64,000 nucleotides of DNA, from the NCBI GenBank assembly GCA_965285935.1, contig OZ260663.1:55118001-55182000 (forward strand), written 5' to 3'. The notes below the pieces were generated by a model. That model made no database searches. It worked only from the letters and a program-made list of their open reading frames with translations, and had not been told where the DNA came from. Source of the stretch: Ophelia neglecta (taxonomy: Eukaryota). Positions 12,201 to 26,200 of this stretch are shown one piece after another. Numbering within the stretch: the stretch's first letter is position 1; each line of letters opens with the position of its first letter. Position numbers and translations under genes: made by a program.

Positions 12201-15200
12201 ATTCTGGTCGAGTGCTTCGCCCTTAACTGCTCAACTCCCTTCAGAGTTTCAAGTTGCATTGTTCATGCACCAAATGAAATGCTCACTTCGACATTTCCAT
12301 ATTGTTTTCTGCCCAATTCTCTAACCCTGCGGGAGATTTTCAGAAACCTGGCGGATCAGCAAGGGGCAAGAGAAAGGCAATAGAAAGTATGACCTTTGGC
12401 TGCTTGCCACTCAAAAAGCGAGCAAAGTCCCCGAGAGAAGGCACATTCTGACTCAGACTTCCAGCTCTAGGGGGCATCTGGGTCACAAACGCACAGATTA
12501 GATTTTCGCCTTTTCAAAGATTGAGAAATGTAACAAGCTGAAACTAACGTTCACTTGTTAAGCTGGAGCAAATGAGAATGGGCAAGCAGCTACTTTCAAT
12601 GGGTGTGACTGTGGACACACCATAAATTTGTGCTCTAAGGCTACTGTTAAGCTGACAAGGAGAGGAGGAATGTAAAGAATCTCCCTCAAACTGGCGATTA
12701 GTTTCCCCGCTGTTCCAGAAATCGCAAATTAGCACAGAACAATTATTGTGAAGGCTGGATGGCAAAAACTGATGTTTCAGCTTCCACAACTTGACTCAGT
12801 TTATAAACTAAAAGCACATGGCACGTCACAACAGCAACTAGCCGTAGAATCTAACCTCACAATGAATGGTTTTACTTTGCAGACACATTTAAAAGAAAGC
12901 ATGCTTGTATTCATGCACCTTTCTAGCCAGGTGAAAGTTACCACATGTACTGGGCAACAAAATTTGAAAATGCTTCTCCATTTTGTTCTTTAAAATATCC
13001 TGGCCTGTATGAGCTATGCATTGTTGACATGCATTGGATATGATGGCAGTTGGGCTTTTTCTGAACAGAAAGATTCCTGGAAATGCATCTAAGATAATGC
13101 TGGGGTGTCACAGGAAAATGAGACTTTCAATGCACTCTAGCATGAAGGGTGGTGGCCCATTCACCACTCTATCAATGTGCTCATATACCACCACTGGGCC
13201 CGTGACAACTGGCATGTATGCCTTCAGCCCATGTCGATGAATAATGGTACGGGCAGTTAGCGGACTTATAGGAGTAGAATAGAATTTGTTTTGTTATCCA
13301 ATTCATTTCCTTTGTTATTGTAAAGAAAAATCAGCCTTGGTGTCTCACGGCCTGCAAATTTTATGTGTGATAGCCCACATCTAATACTTGTGCAATTTGT
13401 TTTTAAGCTTCAATGGGTTGCTGCAAAGAGCATAAAATGAACAAAAATGAGATAACTTGCAATGGGAGGTGATCCCACCATCTTTCCCATGTGAAAAAAA
13501 TGTGAGAACGCATGCAAAGGTTTGAAAGCTTAACCCACTTGATTTACATAGCATTATAATATGTTACCATACCCTACTGAAATAGTACTGATTCATATAT
13601 GTAGGCCTACCTCTGTTTTTACAAAACTATATATTTGATACAGGATTAGCCAGAAAATTAATACCATACTATTGTACATATTAAAGCATGCGCTACTGTT
13701 ATACCTTATGTGTTGAAGTAGTGTAAATACTCTCTCTAGGGTTTGCAGTAGTATAAGCAAAGAACGATATAGTAAAGCCAATACCTAGTGAGTGGAAAGG
13801 GTAATGGTGGCGGGGTGCATTGGGCTCCTAAATTTATAGGGTTAGGGAATTTTCATTTTTTTTATCCAGGGCGGGCATGGTTTGCAGGAGAGGGTGGGTG
13901 CCGCTGGCAGAGCAATCGAAGAAAGTGTCCTGAACCTACAATGATGACAGGCTGCCAAGATGGTCGGGGGACTAGGGGGGAAGAAGGGGGGTTGTTCACA
14001 GGGGGTTAGATGGGATAGGTTTGGGAGGAGGTATAGTGATGTGTGGGCATTAAGTTCTTGCCTGAGAAAAAACATGCTGGTAGGCGGCCCAGGGGATGAA
14101 AGTGAGTGAAGCAAACAGGTCTTTCTGGTATTTCTAAAGGCATAATGATAGCACATTAGTAAAGAAATGACACATATGCTTTATGAATATGAAAAATAAT
14201 CAATTTTACATGAACAATTAAACTGTCATAAGGAGGATCCCCCAGCAGACTATGATAGATCTCACAGGCATCAATCAGTCTATCAAGCCACAAGACCTGG
14301 AGAACCTGGAGACAGGCAGATGGTGCAGCATGACACATGAGATAGTTGAACTCCAGGTGAACAAGGTCAGAAGGTGGGGTCAAGATTTTAAGAGTTTATA
14401 CCTGTACTACCAACCAGTCAGAACTCATTCACATTGAGTTAGTGGACAACAGAACAGGGCACTGTACAAGTCAAATTATCCGGGGATGGCCAAATGTGGC
14501 AGTTCCCAAACATTTGTTTGTCTGATGCAATATATAATAGACTGTTTATAAACAGGACGTCCCTGTTACCTGTTTAATTTCAAACAGTGCAGTCAGTTTC
14601 TGATAGATTCATCAAATGAGCTGAATATGTCAAGGTTTATTTCCAGATCTTGCCGACACATCAGCAATGAAAAAGCGAACACAAGATATATCAACTTCTC
14701 ATATCACAAGGCCAGTAGAATAATAGCTAACATTAATGTTGCCATCTTACCACCACTCCTCTCCATTAGTTCCATTACTTTCCCCATCTTATATCCAACA
14801 CATTACTAAGCTACTTAGCCTTGCCAATCTTCCTTACAGGTCAGTTTTTCAATTTTCCCCCTGAAATGCTCTAATCATTGAATGATTAGGAAAAACCCAC
14901 AGGTCGCCTGGGGAACTAGTCGCCTTACTTCCAGACGAATGCACACATAAAGTTTGCAGCATCAGATATGATGGAGAAGATCCATTTTCCTGGCGACTTA
15001 ACCCCTCAGGGATTTAGCCCGCCCTCACTGCTTCACAGCTAACCATCCGGATTTGCTGCTGTCACCTCAGTCAGATATTAAATAATATTTGAATATGATT
15101 TACATGTCGCCAAACACTGGCTAATTTGACAGAGACTGGTTGCTGATGAGGGTCAAATGGCCAATGCAATAGAGCATGAAGAGGTCGGCTAACGAAATCA

Positions 15201-17129
15201 ATAATCTTAACATTGTAATACACTGGGAAGGAGACCCTTGGTTCATATCTCTAAAGGGAGCTACCAAGTATTATTGGACCATAATAGTTCAAAGTTAGCA
15301 GATAAAAAATGAAACAATGTCTTTTTTACTCAAATTTTATCTGGTTATAAGTCATCATCTTCAACATATAACACAACCATTTTCAATATCACAATATTTC
15401 ATAGAAACTTGACAATAACTAGGAGGGAGGTCAGATGGTCCCATTCTACACTTTTTTGAATAATTATTTTGTCTGTGATGTGATCCTTGACTATAAACTG
15501 TAGGTACAAACAGGATGGAGGAGGAAGGAAGGAAGGAAAGAGGAAAACCCTCCACAGTGCCACAACATCATTATAACAGATGACTAACTGCCAATCACAG
15601 ACTTCTAAATCAGCCTACACGTATTGTGTGTCAAAGGGTTGCCGAAGTCAATCACGTACCATAATGAAACCAAGTCCCTGACCCCGGAACATTAAAAGTA
15701 ACAAATGACACTTGAAATTGCAACAAGGAATTTTCTAAAAATGTTCCTACAACTATCTTAATTGTTAATACAAAACTAAACACTAAATCAATGGTGAATA
15801 AGTAGGTTTACAGTGCTCATGATGGCCATTAAGACATATCAAAACAGTAATAAATAGGAAAACCTCTGGTCTTCCACACAGTACAGCCAGTCAAACTTGT
15901 CAATGCCATCCTGAACTGTGCCAGACTAAAGCTTAATTATGGCAGGCTTTCTGAGGTGGAAGCTTTCCCAGCCCAGAGTTTTCAACAACCAGCTCCATCA
16001 AGTCAGTGTGTTCAATAGCTTTAGGAACCCAACCATCATCGTAGAGAGTTTGGTGATGCTCTGTGTGATTTGCCGCAATGTCCTTCATTCGGATGCTGAA
16101 GGAGAGTGGGGCATCTTGAACTTAAATTACACAGCTCGGAGTTGAGGAGCTGAAATCCACTTCTGGCTGAAAAGGGAGGATTCTAGCAAAGGGCTGGCAC
16201 TCGCTCTCATTCTGATCAATGGTAGTGAAGCACACTCACCCCTTAGCCCTATTTCCTCTCATCCCAAATCAAATTTATTCTAACCACATTTTGATAGAAC
16301 TCCTAATTGCAAATGTGAATTTGCTGACAGGCAGCAATCCACATTCACTCGGAAACGAATGTCCACGCGGCATTCTGCATGGCAGACAAAGACAAAGCCG
16401 CAGGACAAGCAGCACTGTCAGCTTGGAGTAATAAGCTGCTCACTTAGCCTAGTAACAAGGCTGCTCCACTTGCCCCTCTGGTAGATATTAACACAAGGTG
16501 TAATGCTGTAATCAAACTTAAACGCTAATTTACTCAGCTCAGTGGCTTTTGCCCCTGACAAAGTTGATTATAAGAAATATTGGTTGTATCAGTCAATTTG
16601 AGAGTATATGGCCCAACAAAGGCTTAAGGCAGCAAGGGATATTGATCAGAATTTGTATCGATTTCTTGGGACCCATTGATCCAGGAATTTGTCCTGTGCA
16701 AAGGAAATGGCTATGAACTGTAGACCGCTGGGAAAATGACCATATTGCCAAGCGACCACTGCACAGGACCGCAATGAAAAGTTAATGCAGGCAGCTCAAT
16801 ATCATCTCAACAAATCAAGAGAAATTGAAAATAACTGTCCAGTCAATCAGTGTGGTGGCTGGTATCTTGGAAGGGATTTGACTGAGGGTCAATGTAGATG
16901 GGTGGGAAGATTATCAGACTGATCCTGGTCTGTCTTGGGGAGAGCATACCATTGACCAGAAGCAGCATCCATCAACAGACATGCAATGATCATCAGGCAA
17001 ATAACTGGGTCAGGAATAAAGTGTTAATGGACTAGGGCAAATGGCTACAGTGTCTCTCCTTGAGTGGATGGATTCTTAGACCTAAAGTAGCCATGATTAA
17101 TTAATGGAAGGCAAGTTATTTTATAAGAA

Positions 17130-17411
17130 ATTAGGCACTTGTCAGAATGTTTTTCCTGAGGGGTGGGTAGGGTGGGGGTTTATTTTTTTGAATGGTCTCG
17201 AAAAAAAGTGCACCCCCAATACAATTTTTTCAGGCTTCAAACAATAGTGTGCGAGTGATGTGTGAGGGGAGGGGTGAGGGGCAGAATGGGCAGTGTCTGT
17301 GTCAAAAATGTGCCCTACCCCACCCTGCTTGCTATATCACTGAATTCTGTAAAAAAATTCAAAAACCTTATTACCCCTGTTCCCACAATTCTGATACATG
17401 TGTGTCCCTTT
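17130..17411. mobile_element. Degenerate non-autonomous DNA transposon/MITE relic
   Basis: G-rich left and C-rich right halves; agggtggggt/accccaccct inverted pair; loosely complementary ends (tcagaat / attctga). Confidence 0.4.
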
Positions 17412-19672
17412 CATTTCTTGAACAATTAAAGCTGAAAGAAACCATTGCTAGAGCTGGATTTGGACCTATGTGTTTGGTAGTATGTTCTTCATTATTCAGA
17501 ATCCTAGAAGTCTGCCTGTTCAGTCATGAATGCAGGTTGACCCCAGGCCCAAACTGTACAGGCCCTGGGGCACATCTCAGTCAGCTAACACCCAGCCCAG
17601 TGGGTGTCAGGGGTTAGGCCCTATCGGGTTCTGACTTCCCTCTATACTGGCTGTCCAAGCCACGTGGCAGCATACCACCTCCCAGCGTGGCCAGCTACTG
17701 TTTCCACCTTCAAAAGGCCAACTATTGCCTTTGGTCAGATTAAACATAAGTCATTGACAGAAGGAAATCCTGATCTCATGTGACTGCTTAAAGCTATATC
17801 TGAAGCAGGAAAATGCATCAAAGAAATATTAAGTCAAAGGAAAATCATCAGCAAACACCACTTGGACAACAATGCCTAATGCTCCTGTTGATACGTTTGT
17901 TATACATTTCTTCTGCAAGTCAGGGTAATACATCTTCCTAAAATTTTGTGGATCAACTAGTAACTTTGATCTACCCATCAAAAAAAACCTTAGTGTGTGC
18001 ATTAAACTGAGAGATTAAATGGACCCCCCTTTGTTTTTTAACTTGTCCTAATGCCTTTTAACCAAATGTTTGGAATCACACCTTCTGGGAAGGTCAACAT
18101 CACAGCATGCTAAATGCCAATTAACTCCCAGAAACTATATGCAGCACAACCGGTTTTCAATCTATGATAAATGCATTGTGTACAAATTACATTTTCCTCT
18201 ATTGTTGGTAGGTAAACACAAAAGAAGGGCTGATCCATTCTTTTGCTGGTCTCTAGCCCTTCGACAGATTAAACCCAAGCTCAGCAGCCCTCCTAGAGTA
18301 AATTTAACGGCCATCTATATTCGGCAAACAATGAACTAAATAAGAGTGGCCAAATGCCAGTCTATTGCAGAAGAGGACAATGCAGATTTATTATCTATTA
18401 TCTATGTTACTTAATCCCCCCCTGGGTGTGCTTGTGTCCCAGGCTTAAAATAACCACCATTTCAAGCATACAATGAGTGATTTTCATAATAGGAATTGTG
18501 AATGGAACAGTACCTTACACTCTCCCATTTTGTATGGACAAGAAGCTAAATATTTTGTGTCATCTTCACAGGGAAGCTCTGAATAGCTATTTAGAAAATA
18601 ATGCTTCATAGTCTCAGCAATTTCAATGAAAAAAGGTTGGTTTTATTTCATTGTGAAGCATATTAGCTTTACTTCAAAGGTCAAAAATTATGCAGACTCT
18701 AATGATGTGATTAAGAGGATTTGTCAAAGTCTTAATCCTTTGCTTTTGACAGCAAGAGCAATTATTAGAATGCAATGATCCTCATAATTTATTTTCTAAA
18801 TTACTCAGACTTGTCTACAATCTGAATATGAAAGAGGCAAATAATCCCTCAAAGGAAAAAGAAGCTTTTTGCAAAGCTTTCAACTATTATTGAATATGAA
18901 AGTCAAGCAAATTTGCTGAAGCAGAAAGTTAATAAAACTGTATTTATATTGGTCTTTCTTAATAATAGCACAACAGTATCATTTATATCAGTTCTTGGTC
19001 TCCCAAGAACTCTATATTTATCCTGTAAGAACAGCTGATAAACAGCTCCAGAGGAGACAGACATATATCATGTGAACATCATCAGCCATTTTGGTTAACT
19101 TCTTCTGACTTTCTGCCACCCCAGCAATCCACCAATTGGTATTGGCCAAGGATAAGACGCTCATTGAGTAGAGCAGGAGAGATCTGCTCCATCAGCATCT
19201 ACAAGCCATCAGGCATGGGACTGTTAATTACCCATTTTATCAGGCCCCCAGTGAAGGGCTACCCAGCTAACCCCTGGGGTGCCCAGGGGGCCAAGTGATC
19301 CCGCCCAGCTTGGGCCCTCCCCTGATATGTCATGCGATACAGACAAATAATTTGTATCTATCATTGCTGGCAGAGAAGCCAGCCACCCTGATATGTGCCC
19401 TTTCCTCTACCAGGAATGCACACAGTAGTACTTGCTCCTTCGGTAACCTCTCTCTGGTATCTGATTAATGTATAAATATCACCATTGATCACATCCAACT
19501 CATCTCTGCTACATTAATGCACACCTTCCCATCTTATTAGATTGCCCATCTGGGACTAAAGAGCCAAAAACCCAACTCAATATGTGCTGGAGTACTTTAG
19601 GGAATTACAGCATTTACTGCTTTAAATATTTGAGTAATGAGAAGGGTTATTTTTTGAGTCCTATAAACTTAC

Positions 19673-19757
19673 CAGTTTTGTATCCATGATGATAGTTGTT
19701 TTCCATGCTGTGTCCATTTCGCGATGTTCCACCGGGTGGGACAGGAGGGGAGAACAT
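19673..19757 (-). CDS. TCF12: E-protein exon 3: MFSPPVPPGGTSRNGHSMENNYHHGYKT(G)
   Basis: Acceptor tttttatttacag|ATG, donor ACTG|gtaagt; 85 nt, phase 0 to 1; MFSPPV continues the AD1 motif in frame. Confidence 0.93.
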
Positions 19758-20232
19758 CTGTAAATAAAAAGAAAGTCACATTAACAACCTTTATTTACAA
19801 TGTCATTCAATCATCATAATGATATCAGAGCCAGTTAAGAGCTGGATACATAGCAAGCAAAAATAGCTGGGACACTGAGACTGATTGTACCAAACTTCTC
19901 ATTAAGTTCTGTATTATCAATGCACTATTTGATGGTTATTTGTATATATTGTGAGAGATTAAAGACATTTTGCAGGAAATTAAAGCCATTTAAATCATTC
20001 ATATCATAGCTTTTCAGGATCTAGTTACAAGAACACATTGGTTTACTAGAGTACAGTGTTCATTTACAGGGTAAATGCAGTAAATCTTGCCTCAAGTAGT
20101 TTGATGGGCAAGGGGAGGTTTTTCTTATTGATAGGCCCTGACATGTAACATTATTGTAATTTGCATGTATGTCTAATTTATGGGAACTGTTTATTAATGA
20201 ACTTCTAAGTTAAAAAGTTCATAACAGATATA

Positions 20233-20292
20233 CAGTGGTCCCTGCGATGTAGGGACACCGCTAAATCCAACCAAAAGTGTCCCTGCATAGCA
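20233..20292 (+). mobile_element. Truncated relative of the 47331 MITE (left end only)
   Basis: TA|CAGTGGTCCCTGCGATGTAGGGACACC..TAAATCCAA..AAAAGTGTCCCT aligns with the first ~60 bp of the 47331 element. Confidence 0.75.
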
Positions 20293-23200
20293 TAGATTAT
20301 TTCACAAAATATTTGGCTATGTCATTGCAAATTCAAAGATGACTGCCAATTGGGTGGATTTTCTGCAATCATTACCAAGAACAGGAAAAGCTTCTGCTAA
20401 AGATACTACTGAACTACAAAATACGCTTGTGTGTGAGTAAGCTCCACCTTATTTTGTTAAAATCAAGTAGAAACAGGTACTATCTTTGGGACTAAAATAA
20501 AATGTAGAACACAGGATAATGATTTGAGAAATCTAGTTCTAATAGCCAACTGGGAAGGAACCCATTTGTTTACAATTCCCAATTAATTTATTCCAGCCGA
20601 AGAGAGTTAAATGGCCAGTAAATGTTATTGTCCTTCCCTGGAACATGTCATAGTTAGACGGGCGGCAGTAAGGAATTGTTTGCCATGGAAAGTGAGCGGA
20701 AGTCATAGGTATGGATTAGGTATAAATTGCACACTGGCCAGGAAATAGCGACCATCTGTCACACAAATTGCACAAAGGCGTACACACTCGCTGGTATAAC
20801 TAAGTCCAATCTGAAGGTCCATTATCACATCTCCACAAGACATGCCCTCAACCACAATGCTGTTAGCACCATCACAAATAAACGTTTCCTGGCCGAAAGG
20901 AAGAAGACTCAGCAAGGCGCAGTGCTGTCAATTGATTAACTCCATTGCCCAACAAGCGCCAGCTCCCCCGTTGGCTGGCTAATCGAGACCCCCTATATTA
21001 GGTAAATGTTAAATTCCTACATCAATTATGGAATTCAGTGGCTCAGGAAATAGGAACTTGAGCGTGCATGTGGCGGCAATAACCGCTAATCAGTGTGCTC
21101 AGGTATCAGAGCGGTTCATAGCAGAGAGGCAGGGGCACAGGAATCAGAGACGGCTCATAATAGGAAAATAGCATGATGATTTCTATTGAATTGCACAACA
21201 AATATCATCTTGTTGGCACAATGTCTAATCCTTAGGGCAGCCTTGCAATTTCACAATAAATGCATGTGCCAAGGGATTTCATGCATTCATGAATGAATGT
21301 TCTCTATGTAACAGGTTACAGTCAGTATTAGAAAAGATCCCTCTCTTAATATTTCATAAATAATATTGATTATATGAATGATTATAAAACTGCGGGAAGG
21401 GGCAACCCAGTCCCCATATCAATTTTCACACAACACAATATATGAATCAAATAGTTTCAGGTGACAGTGCCAAAAAAACAATCTCCTAAACCTTATTTAT
21501 ACCATTTATGATACCAATATTCAATCTACCCCAATGGAACAACTAGTTCAAAGTGTGCACAAGACTGCCTTAAATCACAAGAAAGCAAAACAGTGATCTG
21601 GCAAACAATAATCCTACACTGTGATGTACTGATATGGGCTGTATTAAGGAGCGGCAGGTACTGTGCCTGTAACACAACTGGCATCAAGGCTGGTCCCCAC
21701 ACAATAAATCCATCACCTAAGCTTCCAACTACCAATTTTTTTTATATTTACCTTTACTGTGTGTCTGATACAAGTACAACACTCTTTATTTGATATCAGA
21801 AGAGATTTAATTTCTCACTTTCTAATAAGTACCTGAGACACTCTTTCCAAGAACTGGTTTAATTCTTAATTAAAGCCGATAAAAGCAAAGGCATTGCACT
21901 TAAAATTGGCCTAAAAATCAAGATTTCTCATAAATAGCTCTGCTCTAACTGTCATGGCTCTGGCGATGTTGGCCTTTTGAGATAACAAGGCAAAGCCAGA
22001 AGAATTCACTAATATTCTATGCCAAATGATATTTGGCAGTCAAGCAGTATTACAAGATATAAAGCAACTTTTTTACATTGACCAAGGAGCTTCCTTTTTG
22101 TTTGTTAATCTATATGCTTATACTTGTAGGTAGTCGGCAGAGTTCTAGCTCATCATTATAATGCTCTGAAAATAGATGCTATGCAGATAAACATGTACAT
22201 GTAGAAAGTTGATATACACCAGCTTAAAGTGGAAGACGTTTTTAAGAAATGCTGTAAGCATCAAAGTTCAATATTGATTTTTGTAAATCATGCATGTACA
22301 TACTAGCCATGTAGCATTTAAACAACTAAAAGCCTGCAGCGGGTAAATGATTCATACATGATACATACACCTTTAACTTAACCAGGGAGAAGAAGCTTTA
22401 GGTGGCTTTACTTCCAATATTACCCATAAATATTCCATGAAGACAAAATACTTAAAATGGAAAACAAAAGCCTTGATAATGTTAAAAAGTCTAACAATGA
22501 TGACTGTTTTCATAATTCATGTTGGGGACAAGACAGCAGTGTGTCATAGCTAACTAGATGTACTATAGCCATCGAGAAAGAAACTAGACAGGCGAACTCT
22601 GTGATATGTCCACTCAAAAGGCAGCAGGTTTTTTGAGGAATGTCTTTATATAGCGTGCTGACAAAATTGATGGCTATAATAAAGCTGTCTAGTGAAAAAA
22701 ATTGATATGCCTGATCCTACACTGTAAACTCCAACAAGGCAATGAAAAACATGTTTTTTTCAATCAATGTTAATACAGCCTAGAAAGGGGGATCACTATA
22801 AAAATAACTCACTTGGGGCTACAACAAACTAGTTAATCCAATTAGAATACTTTGGCAGCCATTTTGAATTTCATATAATACTCCTCCTGAACTGGACCTT
22901 ACTATACCCCTTAACCAATACAAATTGTTGGGACCCCTGTTCCGCATTTATGTCAAAACAAAAGCCCCCACTCTGCTGATGCCCCGCTTCTACCTACTGT
23001 ATTTGTAATGTAAAATGACACCATTTTTCACAAAAAGGTACTGTCTCACTAGATTATATTATCACACTCTGTTTTCATATATATCTGCACACATATTTTT
23101 GAATTTTTCTACATGTATAGGGGCCTTAAGTATACCATCACTTTTATCACAAAGACGGTGAGGCACTTTTGAATTTATTAGGCTAATCATTTCCACAATG

Positions 23201-26200
23201 TCTTTTTCAAATAGCATCCTTCTATCTAAAATGTTTCTTGTTTTGTTTCTTCAGACACAATCATTATTTTCAGGGCATCATTTTGTGTGCCCACAGAAGT
23301 ATTGGTCATCATCGGCTGTGGTCGAAAGTTGTTTACTCTTCAGTTAATTTTAGCCGAAATAAATTTGACATCATCAGCCATGTCATCAACCTTATCAGCA
23401 ATATATCACATTGTTATCACAGAAATCCATAAAGTCAAATGTTAAAACCAGCACTACTCAATCTGCACTGTTAGCTTTATACATGTACACGTAATTGCAT
23501 GGCTTTATAATGGCAATCATTGATTAAGTAAGTGCTCCACAAATAAACCAAATTACTTGTGCTGTATCATTGGTTTATACTGACAATAAGAAATAAGGGA
23601 TACCTCCATGAATGACTAACAATTATAGTAAGTGTTAAAGCCACACACTCAATACTGATTAAGATTATTCTGACAGAATCATTTTATAATGACTATAGTT
23701 TTATAACTGACCACTATGTATCAGTACCCTCCTACAATGAGAAGGATACCTGATGTCAACAGGTCTTCATATATACATAATTTTTCAGAAGTGAACTTTG
23801 TTGAAGAAACATTTGACAGTAGAGACAGTTTGTGGTCCTCTCAGGAGACCTGTGGCCCATAGCCAATCTATTCCACGGAGATGGGTATAATCTTTGTCAT
23901 TTCAATTTGTAATTATCTCCCATGAAGATATACCGCTTTCTTAATGTTACAAGACATGGACTGGTGGATGCCAAGCAGATTTTTTGTTGTCTCTTCCCGT
24001 GACATGATAGATTTTGACAACAGATGATTGATGAGAAGTGTCTGTGCAATGTGGGATCTGCCAGCCAAGGATGGGGACAATGGCACTACTCTTCCTGGCA
24101 ATATCAATTCTTATCCACAGTCATTAAACCTTATAAACTGAATGAACTCAAATATTCCTATGACTTAATAGCAGTATACATTTAGAACTTACTGATCTGT
24201 TAAAGCTAAATAGCCATTTAATTTTTTTATCCAACTGTTATTTTTTTAATCAGGCTGTGCCACACGCACTTAACACCAAGTTTGGAAAACAATGATCCAT
24301 AGAACAAACAAATACAATGGAGAAAAGATGAATGGGATTGAGTAAATATAATATGACATATTATCTTACAACATTTTAGGGTATTCATTCAAAATATATT
24401 CTACAGCAAATAATGCCTACTGCATCATTCTAGAGAGGCCGATGTTAATTTATGACTCTCAAACAAAAAAGCAATATATGCAAATAAACCTGGAACCAAA
24501 AATGAAGCCTTGTGTACACTGGCATGCAAAGGAATCACACGATAATCAGTTTTTTCTGTGAGTATTGTAGGTATTCCAAAAAAAGTCAACAGGTGACTGG
24601 ACAGTGGTCACCATGAGACCAAATCATGAATACCACTGGCTCCACTGCTGTAGGACAGCGGTGTTAAAATGACTAATATAGTGTTTTACTCATTAGACAA
24701 GAAAAACTAAGGTCAAATTCTTTTGCATAGCCACTAACCACTATAGCAAGGTTAAAATTTATATAATACCTATTGTCCTATCTTTTCTAACCTTGCAGAC
24801 CATAGCAACCTAGTGTAGGGACACAAAATACCTATACAGCACATTATATTCTAAAAGTTACACATCTGTGTATAGCTGCTAAATAAAGGGGCCTCAAGAC
24901 ATTTGGTAGCCAAATATAATCAGATTTCCTCCTAAATTTAAACAACACATCCTTGGTCTAGGGCATTGGGCTGTACAATCCTTCTTGCACGACAGACCGC
25001 ATTAATCGGCTGCCTGCACATGAACATAAACAGATCTGATGTACAGGCAGACGGAACATTATGTTTTGAGGAATCAGTGAAATATCAGCAAACAGTTTGA
25101 AAGCAGTCTTTGCAGCCCCATTAAATTTCAGACAGACAGAGGACAGGTGGAATTTAATAACTGGCTAGCAGGGACAGTTGAACATTTCTGCTTATTTTGA
25201 CTCCTGACGGTGCATTTTTTCACACACAAATATGAAATTGGGCATTTAACATCCAATCTGAGACAGAGACACAATGGCAATGATTCTACTTTCATGCTGT
25301 CTCACCTTATGTAGGGCTGGTATTTTTAGATATATCTAATTGAATTAAACATTAAGCGGCAAAAAAAATTTCCTGCGCTCCTCTTACTAGTTTTCTTTAA
25401 ATGGTAAGTACGAGAGTCTGTGGAGTTGAATTAATTCACCATGAAATATTAAATTCTTGTTATAGATTCTATTCATAACCTGTACCTTCAGGATAAAGTA
25501 GTACTAATTATGCCTGAACCCATTTAATAATTGTGTCACAGTTTAATTTCAGAATGAGAATTGTAAGTTAGGCCTGCTACTTCACCTTCAAAGCCTGTGA
25601 CGTCCAAAAAGGCAGAAGACGGGTTATACCGCAGATGTTCGTCATCTCAGATTACAAGACTCATTTTATATGACTGATTTTTTATAATATTCCAGTGTTT
25701 TAATTTTGATGATTTTCATTTTTGTAGGGAAAGTCAAAATGTTTTTTAAACAGCACTCTGTTTCACATCGTCCTACTTTTCAGTGAGGCCACGCCAAGTG
25801 TAAAAACTTGGTTCATATTTTTTTTAGCAAATGGATTTCACATTTTCTATATTAAGTCAGATCAATACTTTCCAAGTTACAAACACACCATAAGAAAAGC
25901 ATAATTATTGCCTCACAGAGCGAGAAAAAGAAAAATTACCATGTAAAGTACTGTCTTAAATAAAGTGTGTCTTATATGTATAGTCATGTTGTATGGCCTT
26001 ATCAAGGATATTGTAAACATATAAGACCCATATACATAAAATTGGACATGGGGCTGTTTGTCATGGTGGCTACAATTGGAAGGCCCCACTATAGTTTATA
26101 ATTCTTCAATAACATGCAAATGGCATCCAGTACACATCCATAGACTTTTAGAACAACAATACACAGCAACTTGTGTGGGTAAAAACAGCACAATGCCAGT

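Noticed and set aside
12667-12679. 13-nt match to miR-1 (GGAATGTAAAGAA)
   Set aside because: Flanks diverge, there is no complementary star arm, and the site is intronic.
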